Positions 9,495 through 20,100 of a stretch of DNA of 64,000 nucleotides are shown piece after piece. A program made the translations under genes and the position numbers. This stretch comes from Bacteroidales bacterium (GTDB lineage Bacteria > Bacteroidota > Bacteroidia > Bacteroidales > UBA12077): the NCBI GenBank assembly GCA_028282585.1, contig JANQHR010000020.1, positions 55,212 through 119,211 of the forward strand. Direction: 5' to 3'. The notes under the pieces are model-generated. The model had not been told where the DNA came from. It searched no databases and saw only the letters and a list, made by a program, of their open reading frames with translations. Within the stretch, counting starts at the first letter, position 1. Each line of letters begins with the position of its first letter.

Positions 9495-12093
9495 TACCGT
9501 ATTCTCCCGTCGATTCTCCCGTATAAACATAAATGAATCCAACTATATTCCTAACCTCAAGTCCCGAAATTCGAGGTTCCCAAACATCGCAAATAAAATA
9601 ATAAACTCCTGGTGATACTAACTGATTTGTTTTTTGTGCTTTTCCATCCCAATTAATATTTGGATCATCAGTTTGAAAAACTAATTCACCCCACCTATTA
9701 AAAATCTTCATATCTACTTTTTGAACATAATCAAAAGGATTTTTCGCTATAAATTCATCATTTATATTATCACCATTTGGTGTAAATACATTGGGTAACT
9801 CATAATATGAGCAATTATCTACACACTGTACGTAAGAAAATTCACTTTCATTATAAAAAGAATCTACTGCTGTTATAGCATAGCAACCTCCCATACTTCC
9901 AGATGGAGAATGTTCAAAATATGTAATTTCAGGATCATCGAATCCTATTAAAGAGTCCATCTCCAGCTCAGAGTTGTTAGTATAGTATATAATATAACTG
10001 ATAACATCATCGGCGCATGTTAGGTTAGGATTATTCCAGGTCAAGATATTTATTAAGCTATCACATGCGGAACGAACATTTAAAGATGGTGGACAAGGAC
10101 GTTGAAAATCTTCAGGAATCTGACAGTTTTCGTGTGACCAGTTAAAGGTTGGATGTTCGATACCATTGTTTTTATATGTACCAATACTTTTAACCTTATA
10201 ACAATAGGTATTTCCATTCTTTAACTTGGTATCTGTATAAGATCGGTTTGCTGTATAAGCAATAGAATCATACATACCAGTTGAATTATTTAATCTGTAA
10301 ATGACAAACTCATTGTCTAACCAAGGTGTATTTTTTTTTATGTTTATTTTTATTTGATTATCAGCAGGTTCTAGGTCAAGAAAAATAGAAGAAGCCAACT
10401 GTGGTACGCCAATACGAAATCTATTGCCCGGTGTATCATTGTAAAGAGCAATTTCATAAGAATATTGAGTTTCCGAAGTATTTAAGTTAGGCTTGTAATA
10501 AGTTGTATCATCTAAATTATCTAATGAATCAATTCTATTCAAACGCATTCCAAATTGCTCATCAGACTGATAAATAATATATTTATATGGTCCGGTAGCG
10601 CCTGGTATTGTATCCAACTGATCAGGTTTGTCCCATCGAACCAATATTCTTCCTGTATCTACATCTGTTGATAACACACTTACATTCGTAAGAATAGGAA
10701 ATCCCGATTCAATAGACGCACATTGTTCTTCTGAAGGATAACTTTGAGCTCCATCACTATATTCAGCAACAATTCTATAGCAATAAGAAAATCCTTGTAC
10801 CAATCCTTCCCCATTATCGTTATCAACATACGCCGTATCTGAAGTCTCCCCAACATATTCATAACCAGATTCTTCTGACAAACCAGTTGTGCAATCGTTA
10901 TGAACATAATTTAACGAATTAATTCTTCGGTAAATAAGGTATTTAGTTGGATTACAATTCGGTGCATTCCAATTTAATCTAATAAAAGCATTACCTGGCT
11001 CTGTTTGTAATCCGTAAGGAGCTGGACCTATAATTTTCACCAATAATCGTTCGATACCAACTAATTTTACATCAGGATGATCATCTTTAGCTGAGATAAT
11101 GACTGAATATGATTCTTTTCGAATATGATTACAACTGGTTATCCAGTTAAAAAGGGAAATGTTTTCGCCTGAAGTACTAGAAATCTCTTCGAATGTGGCA
11201 GGATTTGCTTCAAATAAAAAAGGGCCTCCTTCCGCGCTAACTTCTATATTATTGTAATCAATATCAGTACTTCTAATTAAAGCCGAAACAGTATCACCAG
11301 CTAAAACACAAATCTCCCCAATTGAATCAACTTCCGGATTATGATTATCAGTTGGATATACATCAATTTGCATATCTCTTGTAATTGTTCCAATTTTTAC
11401 TCCGCTTCTCCATTCCGAAATTTGAATAGCAATATTATATTTACCGGTATCAGGAGGTGTATCCCATACTAAATCTCCAGTTAGAGCATCAATACCAATC
11501 AAATTTGTTGCAGGAGGCAATGAATATCCATTTATTGGTTCACCATCTTCTCCGGTGCAATCTGTGAGCGTATATGATAAACTATCACCTTCTTTGTCAA
11601 AAACGCCAGGGTTATGAACAAAAAGCCTGTATTGTGCTGCTTGGTTTAATGGTGGATTTAACAGGATGGGCGTATTATTAAATCCTAATTCCGGAATTAC
11701 AAAAATGGTTGTTTTAACTGAAAATACGGTATTCACAGAATTTGGTATATTCTCAACACCAAAATTTCTATTAGGGTCTTGAACCAACACTGTATAAATT
11801 CCAGGTCCTGGAAACGTATGGCGAGCTACATACCTATTTCGTTGATAAAAATCAGGAAGCTCTAGCATTTCTGTCCTGGGAACCGTTGAGAAAGTTCCGT
11901 CTCCCCACTCAACTTCGAGCTCTTCTCTTTCTACATTACTTAAAGTATAAGTATACGTGGTAACCGTAATTTCATATGTTAGTTCGGAAATTTGGTTATA
12001 TGTAATTTCTCCTGCTCTGTTATGTGTTGCATGTGAACTAACATATCCAAGAAAAAAAAATAATGCGGTATGTATGATTCTTTTATAGTCCAT
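9487..12093 (-). CDS. T9SS type B (gliding motility-associated) C-terminal domain protein with FN3-like repeats
   Basis: Signal peptide then ATHNRAGEITY; FN3-like LxW...YxIYR...Y.D repeats; C-term LPNVFTPNGDNIND...IFNRWG...WDG...GVYYF. Confidence 0.9.
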   Translation of the reverse strand: MDYKRIIHTALFFFLGYVSSHATHNRAGEITYNQISELTYEITVTTYTYTLSNVEREELEVEWGDGTFSTVPRTEMLELPDFYQRNRYVARHTFPGPGIYTVLVQDPNRNFGVENIPNSVNTVFSVKTTIFVIPELGFNNTPILLNPPLNQAAQYRLFVHNPGVFDKEGDSLSYTLTDCTGEDGEPINGYSLPPATNLIGIDALTGDLVWDTPPDTGKYNIAIQISEWRSGVKIGTITRDMQIDVYPTDNHNPEVDSIGEICVLAGDTVSALIRSTDIDYNNIEVSAEGGPFLFEANPATFEEISSTSGENISLFNWITSCNHIRKESYSVIISAKDDHPDVKLVGIERLLVKIIGPAPYGLQTEPGNAFIRLNWNAPNCNPTKYLIYRRINSLNYVHNDCTTGLSEESGYEYVGETSDTAYVDNDNGEGLVQGFSYCYRIVAEYSDGAQSYPSEEQCASIESGFPILTNVSVLSTDVDTGRILVRWDKPDQLDTIPGATGPYKYIIYQSDEQFGMRLNRIDSLDNLDDTTYYKPNLNTSETQYSYEIALYNDTPGNRFRIGVPQLASSIFLDLEPADNQIKINIKKNTPWLDNEFVIYRLNNSTGMYDSIAYTANRSYTDTKLKNGNTYCYKVKSIGTYKNNGIEHPTFNWSHENCQIPEDFQRPCPPSLNVRSACDSLINILTWNNPNLTCADDVISYIIYYTNNSELEMDSLIGFDDPEITYFEHSPSGSMGGCYAITAVDSFYNESEFSYVQCVDNCSYYELPNVFTPNGDNINDEFIAKNPFDYVQKVDMKIFNRWGELVFQTDDPNINWDGKAQKTNQLVSPGVYYFICDVWEPRISGLEVRNIVGFIYVYTGESTGEYGNE

Positions 12094-12583
12094 CTAGACT
12101 TACTAATTGTTTAGTTTTCTTTAAATTAAACATGTACCCCTTTTCAATTTCTTCAATACTAAATATCATCATGTTTTTCTGATCAAAATACAAATCCAAA
12201 AGTATAGTATTTGCAATTTCAAATTCTTTTTTTAATTCAATATTCTCAATTTTATAATAAAACCATATCCATTCATTATCAAGCTCTACCTCTTTAAAAA
12301 TGAGCTCACACCTATCATTATTATCAATGTAAAAGTGATTTTGAAAATAACTGTTAATTCTTTCCTGATTCTTTTCAACCTCTTCCATCTTTTCAAAATC
12401 AATATTTACCTGATCAAGATGTGCAAACAAAAGCTGCATATCTTTTTTAAACACTTTAATAGAGATCTCCATTTTTAAATCATCCGGACAATAATCTACA
12501 TTTGTAACTGAAACATGCACAGGATGCGAAAAATGTATACAACTCTTAATAAATATTAATAAACAAATTTTAATAATAAACAT
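12083..12583 (-). CDS. Conserved Bacteroidota exported protein (DUF6702-like)
   Basis: HPVHVSVTNV after a signal peptide and NTILLDLYFDQKNM motif. Confidence 0.7.
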   Translation of the reverse strand: MFIIKICLLIFIKSCIHFSHPVHVSVTNVDYCPDDLKMEISIKVFKKDMQLLFAHLDQVNIDFEKMEEVEKNQERINSYFQNHFYIDNNDRCELIFKEVELDNEWIWFYYKIENIELKKEFEIANTILLDLYFDQKNMMIFSIEEIEKGYMFNLKKTKQLVSLDGL

Positions 12584-12740
12584 AAGCTAAAATTAATATT
12601 TTTTATGTATCTAGGAATGTTCTGGAGATCAAATATTATTTAATTCTATTTTAATTGGGTTAAATCATTAACTTTAACTTGGAAACTTTACTATTATTAA
12701 TTAATTTGGTATAACCTTTTAATCAATCATCTCATTCATT

Positions 12741-14615
12741 ATGAAAATTTTAAAAGCTACATTATTATTTATGTTATTCTTTGGTTTTTCAGTTTCATTT
12801 GCCCAACAAATTGAAAATTTAAGAATAAAAACTTTTGAGGATAAGATTAATCTGATGTATGACATTACGCGTGAAAAATCCGGTCAATTATTTGATATAA
12901 AAGTACTGTGTTCTTTAAATGGCGGGCAAACTTTTAATAGTCTATTAAAAACTACAACCGGTGATATTGGTAAGAATGTTGAAGGTGGAAAGAATAAACT
13001 CATCGTTTGGGATGTATTAAAGGACAGAGAAAACTTTAAAGGAGAAAATATAGTTTTTAAAATCATTGCAATTCCGGGAGGTGTTAAGAATCCTACCGAC
13101 CATGTTGAAGGTTTTCATTTTGAATTAAAAGAATGTTATAAAAAGGATCGAAAACTGATTTGCGTTTTTGAAGTAACAAATAAAGGCAAAAACAGAGATT
13201 TAAAGCTGATTAATCGTTTAGCAAGAGCATATGATTTTAAAGGTAACAAGATTGAATCAAATTATTCAAAACTAGGAAGGGTAACTGGCAATGCCAGATA
13301 TACCACACCAACATTAACATTTAGACCGGGCCAATCAAATATTGCAATGTATAGTTTTGATATTCCGCATGACTTTTCAAATAGGTTAAAAATGATTGAA
13401 TTTGGAGTAGAAGTTTTAGAAATAACCTATGGATTAGATCTGAAAGTCGGTAATATTCAATTTAGAGATATTTCATTTGATAATAATGAGCAAACAGCAA
13501 AAACAGAATTAATTTCGGAAACAACAAAACTTGATATTGGACCTGAGATTTCCAAAATTGTGGATTCTAAACCTCCTTCTGTAGCATTCACAAATATGTC
13601 TTTATCTAAAAATAAACCAGTTACAGTAAATAAAGAAGAGATACTACTTAGAGGTAAAGTAATGGATGAAAATGGGATTTTTGAGATAACTGTTAATGGT
13701 ATGTATACAAATTTGAAGGAAAACGGTGAATTTGATACAGACGTTTATTTAGTTGAAGGAAAAAATAATGTATTTGTGAGGGCAGTTGACAAATTCAATA
13801 ATTCAGTTGAAGAAACTTATGTAATTAATTACAAGGTATTGGAAAAGGAAGGCCAAAGAAAAACATCTGTGGGCGACCGTTCAGAACTAGATGAAAAATC
13901 TACAAAAGAAGGTAAATATTATGCCTTATTTATTGGCATAAGCAATTATCTTGATCCTGAAATTAATAATCTTGAACAACCAATTGTGGATGCTGAAAAA
14001 CTATTAAACACTTTAGTAACGTATTACACATTTGAAAAGGAGAATGTTACTTTTTTAAAAAGTCCAACCCGCGAGAAAATTATATCGGAATTAGATCGAT
14101 TAAACAGAATTGTAACAGAAGATGATAACCTATTAGTTTTTTATGCGGGACATGGCTATTGGGATCACCAGGATGAAATTGGATACTGGTTACCCTCGGA
14201 TGCAAAAAAGGCCAATACTGCTAATTGGATGAGAAATAGCACCATACGTGATTATCTAAGAACCGTGGACACAAAGCATACATTATTAATTGCTGACGCT
14301 TGTTTTAGTGGCGGAATTTTTAAAAGCCGAAAAGCATTTAATTATGCCCCAAAACCAATTCAAGAATTACATTATTATCCAAGCCGCAAAGCTATGACAA
14401 GTGGTTCATTAAAAGAAGTTCCCGATAAAAGCGTATTTCTTTTATATTTAAATAAAAGACTCAAAGAGAATACTAAAGAATTTATATCAGCAGAGGAATT
14501 GTTTAGTAGCTTCAAAACAGCAGTTCTAAACAACGGCCCCAACACGCCGTTGTATGGTGAAATTAAAGATACCGGCGACGAGGGTGGTGATTTCATTTTT
14601 GTTAAGAAGAATTAA
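12741..14615 (+). CDS. Secreted caspase-like (peptidase C14) protein with N-terminal Ig-like domains
   Basis: Signal peptide; YALFIGISNY, FYAGHG (His) and IADACFSG (Cys) dyad. Confidence 0.88.
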   Translation: MKILKATLLFMLFFGFSVSFAQQIENLRIKTFEDKINLMYDITREKSGQLFDIKVLCSLNGGQTFNSLLKTTTGDIGKNVEGGKNKLIVWDVLKDRENFKGENIVFKIIAIPGGVKNPTDHVEGFHFELKECYKKDRKLICVFEVTNKGKNRDLKLINRLARAYDFKGNKIESNYSKLGRVTGNARYTTPTLTFRPGQSNIAMYSFDIPHDFSNRLKMIEFGVEVLEITYGLDLKVGNIQFRDISFDNNEQTAKTELISETTKLDIGPEISKIVDSKPPSVAFTNMSLSKNKPVTVNKEEILLRGKVMDENGIFEITVNGMYTNLKENGEFDTDVYLVEGKNNVFVRAVDKFNNSVEETYVINYKVLEKEGQRKTSVGDRSELDEKSTKEGKYYALFIGISNYLDPEINNLEQPIVDAEKLLNTLVTYYTFEKENVTFLKSPTREKIISELDRLNRIVTEDDNLLVFYAGHGYWDHQDEIGYWLPSDAKKANTANWMRNSTIRDYLRTVDTKHTLLIADACFSGGIFKSRKAFNYAPKPIQELHYYPSRKAMTSGSLKEVPDKSVFLLYLNKRLKENTKEFISAEELFSSFKTAVLNNGPNTPLYGEIKDTGDEGGDFIFVKKN

Positions 14616-14636
14616 TTACTTTTTTTAGTTTTTGTT

Positions 14637-15275
14637 ATGCAATTTCGTTTGAAAAGAATCATTAAGAAGTCACTTTTCAATAAAAATAGGTATTACTCAG
14701 ATAATTATTATCATCAAAGATTCTTAGGTATATATGATAATATTGCTGGTTTACGTAAACTCTTTTCATGCGATGGAAAAGATATAATTGAAACACAAAC
14801 ACCTATTATTTTAAATAATAAAGTTGAGTTTGGAAGTAACCTAAGATATGTGAAAAAAAGTTTAAACTCTCCATTTGTTATCATAAAAAGAAACTTAGAC
14901 CACCTCAATTTTAATATCTTACTTTTAAAAGTCAGACTCGGCGGATTTAAATGTAAGCAAAACATTCATTTGTTCGAAAACTCTTTATATTATTATAATT
15001 ATGTTTTTTCATATTTAACTAAAAGTGAAAAAGAAATAATTAAAAAATTATTATGTAAAAAGTATCTACAAGAACACCATGATTTGACAAATAAAGTTAT
15101 AGTTGATAAAAACGGAAATAAATTGTTTTTAAATGAAAATGTGGATTTCTCAATTAATTACTTAACGGGAAACCCACTTATTTTAAAAGAATTAACCGAC
15201 TTTCAAGAGATAAATAGATTGAATCATCAAAAGCTTATTGAGCAAAATGAAGTTGAACTTTTAAATAAACTTTAG
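14637..15275 (+). CDS. Hypothetical protein
   Basis: 212-aa ORF directly after the caspase gene; no recognisable motif. Confidence 0.6.
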   Translation: MQFRLKRIIKKSLFNKNRYYSDNYYHQRFLGIYDNIAGLRKLFSCDGKDIIETQTPIILNNKVEFGSNLRYVKKSLNSPFVIIKRNLDHLNFNILLLKVRLGGFKCKQNIHLFENSLYYYNYVFSYLTKSEKEIIKKLLCKKYLQEHHDLTNKVIVDKNGNKLFLNENVDFSINYLTGNPLILKELTDFQEINRLNHQKLIEQNEVELLNKL

Positions 15276-15277
15276 AG

Positions 15278-15724
15278 TTAACTCTTATCCTTTGATTCTT
15301 CATTAAAACTTACCATCCAGTTAATTCCAAATTTATCTATACACATTCCAAAATAATCTCCCCAAAATGTACTATCCATTGGCATGGTTACTTTTCCACC
15401 TTCGGATAAACCATTGAATAATTTATCAGCTTCTGCTTTATTATCTGCGTTTATAGAAATAGAAAAATTATTTCCTTGCTTAAAATCAGGTGCCCATTCT
15501 CCTCCTGTATCACTACCCATTATTATTGTTTCTTCACTTATTGGTAAAGATATATGCATGATTTTATCTTTAAAATCATCCGGGATAGATGGCATGCCTT
15601 CCTGTGGCGGCATTTCTCCAAAAGTACTTACATAAGGAAATTCTCCTCCAAATACAGATTTATAAAAATCAAAGGCTTCTTTACAATCTCCATTAAAGTT
15701 TAAATAAACATTTACTGTTGGCAT
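15278..15724 (-). CDS. VOC/PhnB (YjdN-like) family protein
   Basis: YLNFNGDCKEAFDFYKSVFGG...IMH...TFWGDYFGMCIDKFGINW. Confidence 0.9.
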   Translation of the reverse strand: MPTVNVYLNFNGDCKEAFDFYKSVFGGEFPYVSTFGEMPPQEGMPSIPDDFKDKIMHISLPISEETIIMGSDTGGEWAPDFKQGNNFSISINADNKAEADKLFNGLSEGGKVTMPMDSTFWGDYFGMCIDKFGINWMVSFNEESKDKS

Positions 15725-15772
15725 AGCTTTTAATTTTAGTTAATAATTTTATTAATGATTAAAGTTATAAGT

Positions 15773-16468
15773 TTACCATGGAATTTCCTTTTTATCTCTT
15801 AAAAATTTACCTGTTAAACTTTGAGGAGCTTCGTTTGCCAACCATACAGGTGTTTCAGCGCCCTTTTCAACTAAACGGGATGCTCCCTGCCCTCCCATAT
15901 CTGTTTTTACCCAACCCGGACAAACAGAGTTTACAGCAATATTTTTTCCTAACAACTCAAAAGCTAATTGCCTTGTAATTGAATTCAGGGTAGTTTTTGA
16001 AACACAATATGCCGGAGACCAACCTCCCACAGGATCGGTCATCGAACCACCACCGCTCGAAATATTAATAATTCTCCCTCCGTTTGGAATAAATTGTAAA
16101 AACTCTTTTGTAATATTTATCACCCCATAACAATTGGTTTGAATTGTGTTTTCATTGATTGATGGAGAGTTAGTCAACAGACTTCTATCTTCTTTCATCA
16201 AAATAGCTGCATTATTTATGAGTACATCCAGTTTTAAATTTAATTTCATAAATTCAATAGCAGCTCTTTGAATGCTTTCCAAGTCACTAATATCTGTAAC
16301 CAACATTTCCGCATCAATTCCTTCATCCAATAAATTACCCAGTGATTTTTTAACTTTTACTTCGTTTCTCCCGGAAATAAAAACTTTAAATCCTTTTTTC
16401 CCTAACTGGCGCGCTATTTCGAAACCAATTCCTTTATTTGAACCAGTAATTAAAGCAGTTTTACTCAT
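15773..16468 (-). CDS. SDR oxidoreductase (carbonyl reductase-like)
   Basis: TGSNKGIG, NNAA, YCVSK, CPGWVKTDMGG...GAETPVWLA. Confidence 0.9.
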   Translation of the reverse strand: MSKTALITGSNKGIGFEIARQLGKKGFKVFISGRNEVKVKKSLGNLLDEGIDAEMLVTDISDLESIQRAAIEFMKLNLKLDVLINNAAILMKEDRSLLTNSPSINENTIQTNCYGVINITKEFLQFIPNGGRIINISSGGGSMTDPVGGWSPAYCVSKTTLNSITRQLAFELLGKNIAVNSVCPGWVKTDMGGQGASRLVEKGAETPVWLANEAPQSLTGKFLRDKKEIPW

Positions 16469-16785
16469 AACTTTTAAATCTTCTTAAATAATTATACTAT
16501 TAACAATTAAAATATAGAGTAGTTTAAATAAATTATTCCTTTTTACATAGGTTTATATTAATAAATACTTTACAGTTTTATGTTGACAAACATGCTGAAG
16601 TTATTAAAAAGCGAATCTCAATTCTTATTTTTAATGGATAATGTTTAAACTAATTGTTATTTTTTACTAATAAAATCAGGCTTCCATAATACAGTAACGA
16701 TATTTTTAAATAATTTTTATTGCATTTTAATAAAATAATTTCGAACTTTAATTTGATTTATTAACCTTAAAATATTCTGTTATAC

Positions 16786-16937
16786 CGACTTTTTTACTTT
16801 GTAAAGCTATTATCTTAACAAAAAGACCGTAAAAACACTCTAAAAAATCCCAATAAAGCTTTATTAAGAAATAAAAGTACTGGTTAATAATTCTTAATCG
16901 AAAGGCGACTATTACTTTGTGAAAGCTGTTTTATCTT
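16786..16937 (+). repeat. Imperfect ~31-bp direct repeat pair upstream of the giant subtilase
   Basis: CGACTTTTTTACTTTGTAAAGCTATTATCTT (16786-16816) vs CGACTATTACTTTGTGAAAGCTGTTTTATCTT (16906-16937). Confidence 0.55.
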
Positions 16938-17090
16938 CCAGATAGATTAAACATCTGTTGAACTGGTAGTTATATACAGTTATAATATCTATTTTTTAGA
17001 TATTAATCTACAAAGTAATTACTACGCCTTTTTATGCATTCGTTTTTACTGTCAAAATGTGATTTAAAAATCATTAAAAAAAGTAAAACT

Positions 17091-17129
17091 ATGAAAACAA
17101 CTATTTTAATTAGAGCTGACCCCTTCTAG
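17091..17129 (+). CDS. Candidate 12-aa leader peptide MKTTILIRADPF
   Basis: ATG in A-rich Bacteroidota-type initiation context (AAAACT-ATG); ends 55 nt before the subtilase start; RADP resembles RAGP/RAPP arrest motifs. Confidence 0.45.
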   Translation: MKTTILIRADPF

Positions 17130-17184
17130 AACAACACAAACTTAAAGTACTAAAAATTACATGTTAAATTAAACACTCAAATTT

Positions 17185-20100
17185 ATGATAAAAAAACTGA
17201 CCAAATTTATTTTAGTAGCAATAATAATATTAGCCTCAGCTTTAATTCTGAACGCGCAAGATCACTATCACAAAGAGATCTTTAGAATTAAATTTGATAC
17301 AAAAATGGAAGCTACTATTAACACTATGAAAATGCAAAAAAGCCCAACTGGAGTTATTCAAACAGGCATTGCATCAATTGATAAATTAAACGAGAAGTAT
17401 AGTGTTTCAAATATTAAAAGAGTTTTCCCTTATGCTGGAAAATTTGAAAAAAAACATCAGAAATATGGATTACATTTATGGTACGAAGTAATTGTAACTA
17501 ATAATTCTGATATAGAACTTGCAACAAAAGAATATCTTGCTCTTAACGAAGTTTCGCTAAGTGAATTAGTTCTAAAAAAAACAATAGGTGGGACACCATT
17601 TAATTCTTACAAAGCAGGAGTTCAAAATTCACTTCCTGTTGGCACCAATGATCCACAATACGGTGATCAATGGCATTATAATAATACCGGACAAAGCGGA
17701 GGAACAGTTGATGCTGATGTTGATTTACCGGAAGCATGGGTAGTTCAAACAGGAGACTCCGAAATTATAGTTTCTGTTCATGATGGAGGAATTGATGTAG
17801 ATCATGAGGATCTCATAGGAAATATGTGGATTAATCCAAATGAAATTGCTGGTAATGGCATCGATGACGATAATAACGGCTATATTGATGACATTTATGG
17901 CTATAATTTTGGAGACAATACAGGGACAATTTACGCAGATAACCACGGAACACATGTTGGAGGTACTGTAGCTGCAGAAACCAATAATGGTATTGGTATG
18001 TCTGGAGTTGCAGGTGGAACAGGATCAGATGATGGGGTTCGATTGATGTCTTGTGCTGTATTTGGAAATATTAGCAATGGAGGATTTCCCGAGTCTTACA
18101 TTTATGCTGCCGATCATGGAGCCATAATTTCTCAAAACAGTTGGGGATATACAAGTCCTAATAGCTATGAACAAGCTGTATTGGATGCTATTGATTATTT
18201 TATAGCTGAAGCTGGCATGAATGAAAATGGGATTCAAACAGGTCCAATGGCTGGAGGACTAGTAATATTTGCTGCAGGCAACAATGGTTCTGATAATTTA
18301 TGGTATCCGGGTTACTATGAGTCTGTAATGGCTGTTGCTGGAACCGATCATAACGATAATAAATATACCAGTTCAAATTTCGGATCATGGGTCGACTTAG
18401 CTGCTCCTGCTGTGAATATTTACAGTACCATTCCAAATGATAACTATACTGGTGGATATAGTGGAACATCAATGGCTTGCCCACATGTATCAGGTACAGC
18501 AGCCTTAATTCTTTCTCAATTTAAAGATGATGATATTACCCCACAACAGATCTGGGATCGTTTAATAAACTCTACTGATACATTAACTTTTATCGGTGCT
18601 GAAGATTGGGGAACTGGCCGCTTAAACGCTTTTGCTGCTTTAGCTGAGGACGATGGCCAACCACCTTTGGCAATATCAGATATGACCATTATCGATGTTT
18701 CAGCTGTTTCTGTCACATTTACCTGGACAGCTCCTGCTGATCAACCAGATGGATATCCAGCTTCAATATATGATTTCCGATATTCGGAAAATCCAATTAC
18801 CGCTGCTAACTTTGATCAAGCAACACATTATGAATTGCCAGCACCAAGTGTAGCAGGTACTTTGGAATCAGTCGTAGTTAAAGGATTGTCTGTTGGAACA
18901 ACTTATTATTTCGCGGTAAAATCAGCCGATCACTTTGGAAATACATCTGATATTTCAAATACTGTGACTGCTACAACAGATCAAGCTCCTGATATTGTTA
19001 TAACAGGCGACCCAAGTGTAACTATTAATTCTTCGGTAAATCCTGTTGAAATTGGAATGTTTACAATTGAGAATCAAGGACAAGCTGAATTATCTTACAA
19101 TATTTTCCCTGTTTACCTTGGAAAAACTATACCTCAAGTTCAATCAAGTTTAATATATCCGGGTAATGAAGTTTCGATCGAACCTGAAGCAAATTATTCG
19201 GAATTAGCTGAATTAACAAGCTCTGTGACAACAAAAAACCATTCTGTTATTCAATCATACTTCGAAAATGAAATTGCACATATAATAAATTATGATGATG
19301 GAGATGACGAAGCAGATGGTTCAATTGCTGTTACTTCCGGCGGAACACCTGTTGTTTGGGCAGCTGCAACAGCTTTTGATGTACCTGATCTTGGTGGGGA
19401 TGATTTTATTTTATCCCATATTAGTGCATATATCGAAGCTGAAGGTTCAGCTGTATCTAATCCAACAAGTGTTTCAATTATTGCCGGTGGTGATAATCCA
19501 TTGCAAGGCGAATTAATTATGATGCAGGAGTTCACCAATATAATTGGTGCTGAGTATGTAAATATTCCGCTTGAAATGCCTGTATCATTTAGTACTGGTG
19601 ATAAGTTCTGGATTGTATTTAATTTCCCGGCAGCACCATTAAGACTAGGTTATGATGATGTAATTGGAGGTAACAGACCTGGCTCTTATCTGGCATATTT
19701 AAACGGACAATGGGATGATATTCAAACCGAATCAGGATGGAGTAATTATGTGTGGGCTGTTAGGGCAATCCAAACTCAATTACATGGGGTTACTTTAGAT
19801 ATTTCTCAAGGAACTATTGGAGTTGGATCAGCTCAAGATATTAGTGTAACATTTGATGCTACTGATATTAACAGAAATGGAGACCATAATTTCAATATTT
19901 ATATTTTAAGCAATGATCCTGTTACACCTGTTGAAAAAGTTGAAGCAACAGCCACTGTGACAGGTATTCCGGAACCAAATATTAATATTGAACCTGATAC
20001 TATAAATTCTTTAATAGATGCTAGTGTAAATCCTGTTAAAACTGAAACTCTTACTATCTTCAATAATGGAGAAGGTGAATTACAGTTTGATTTTATAAAT

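Noticed and set aside
12741-14615. Caspase as part of an anti-phage (gasdermin/CBASS-type) system
   Set aside because: It has a signal peptide and no neighbouring effector or sensor genes
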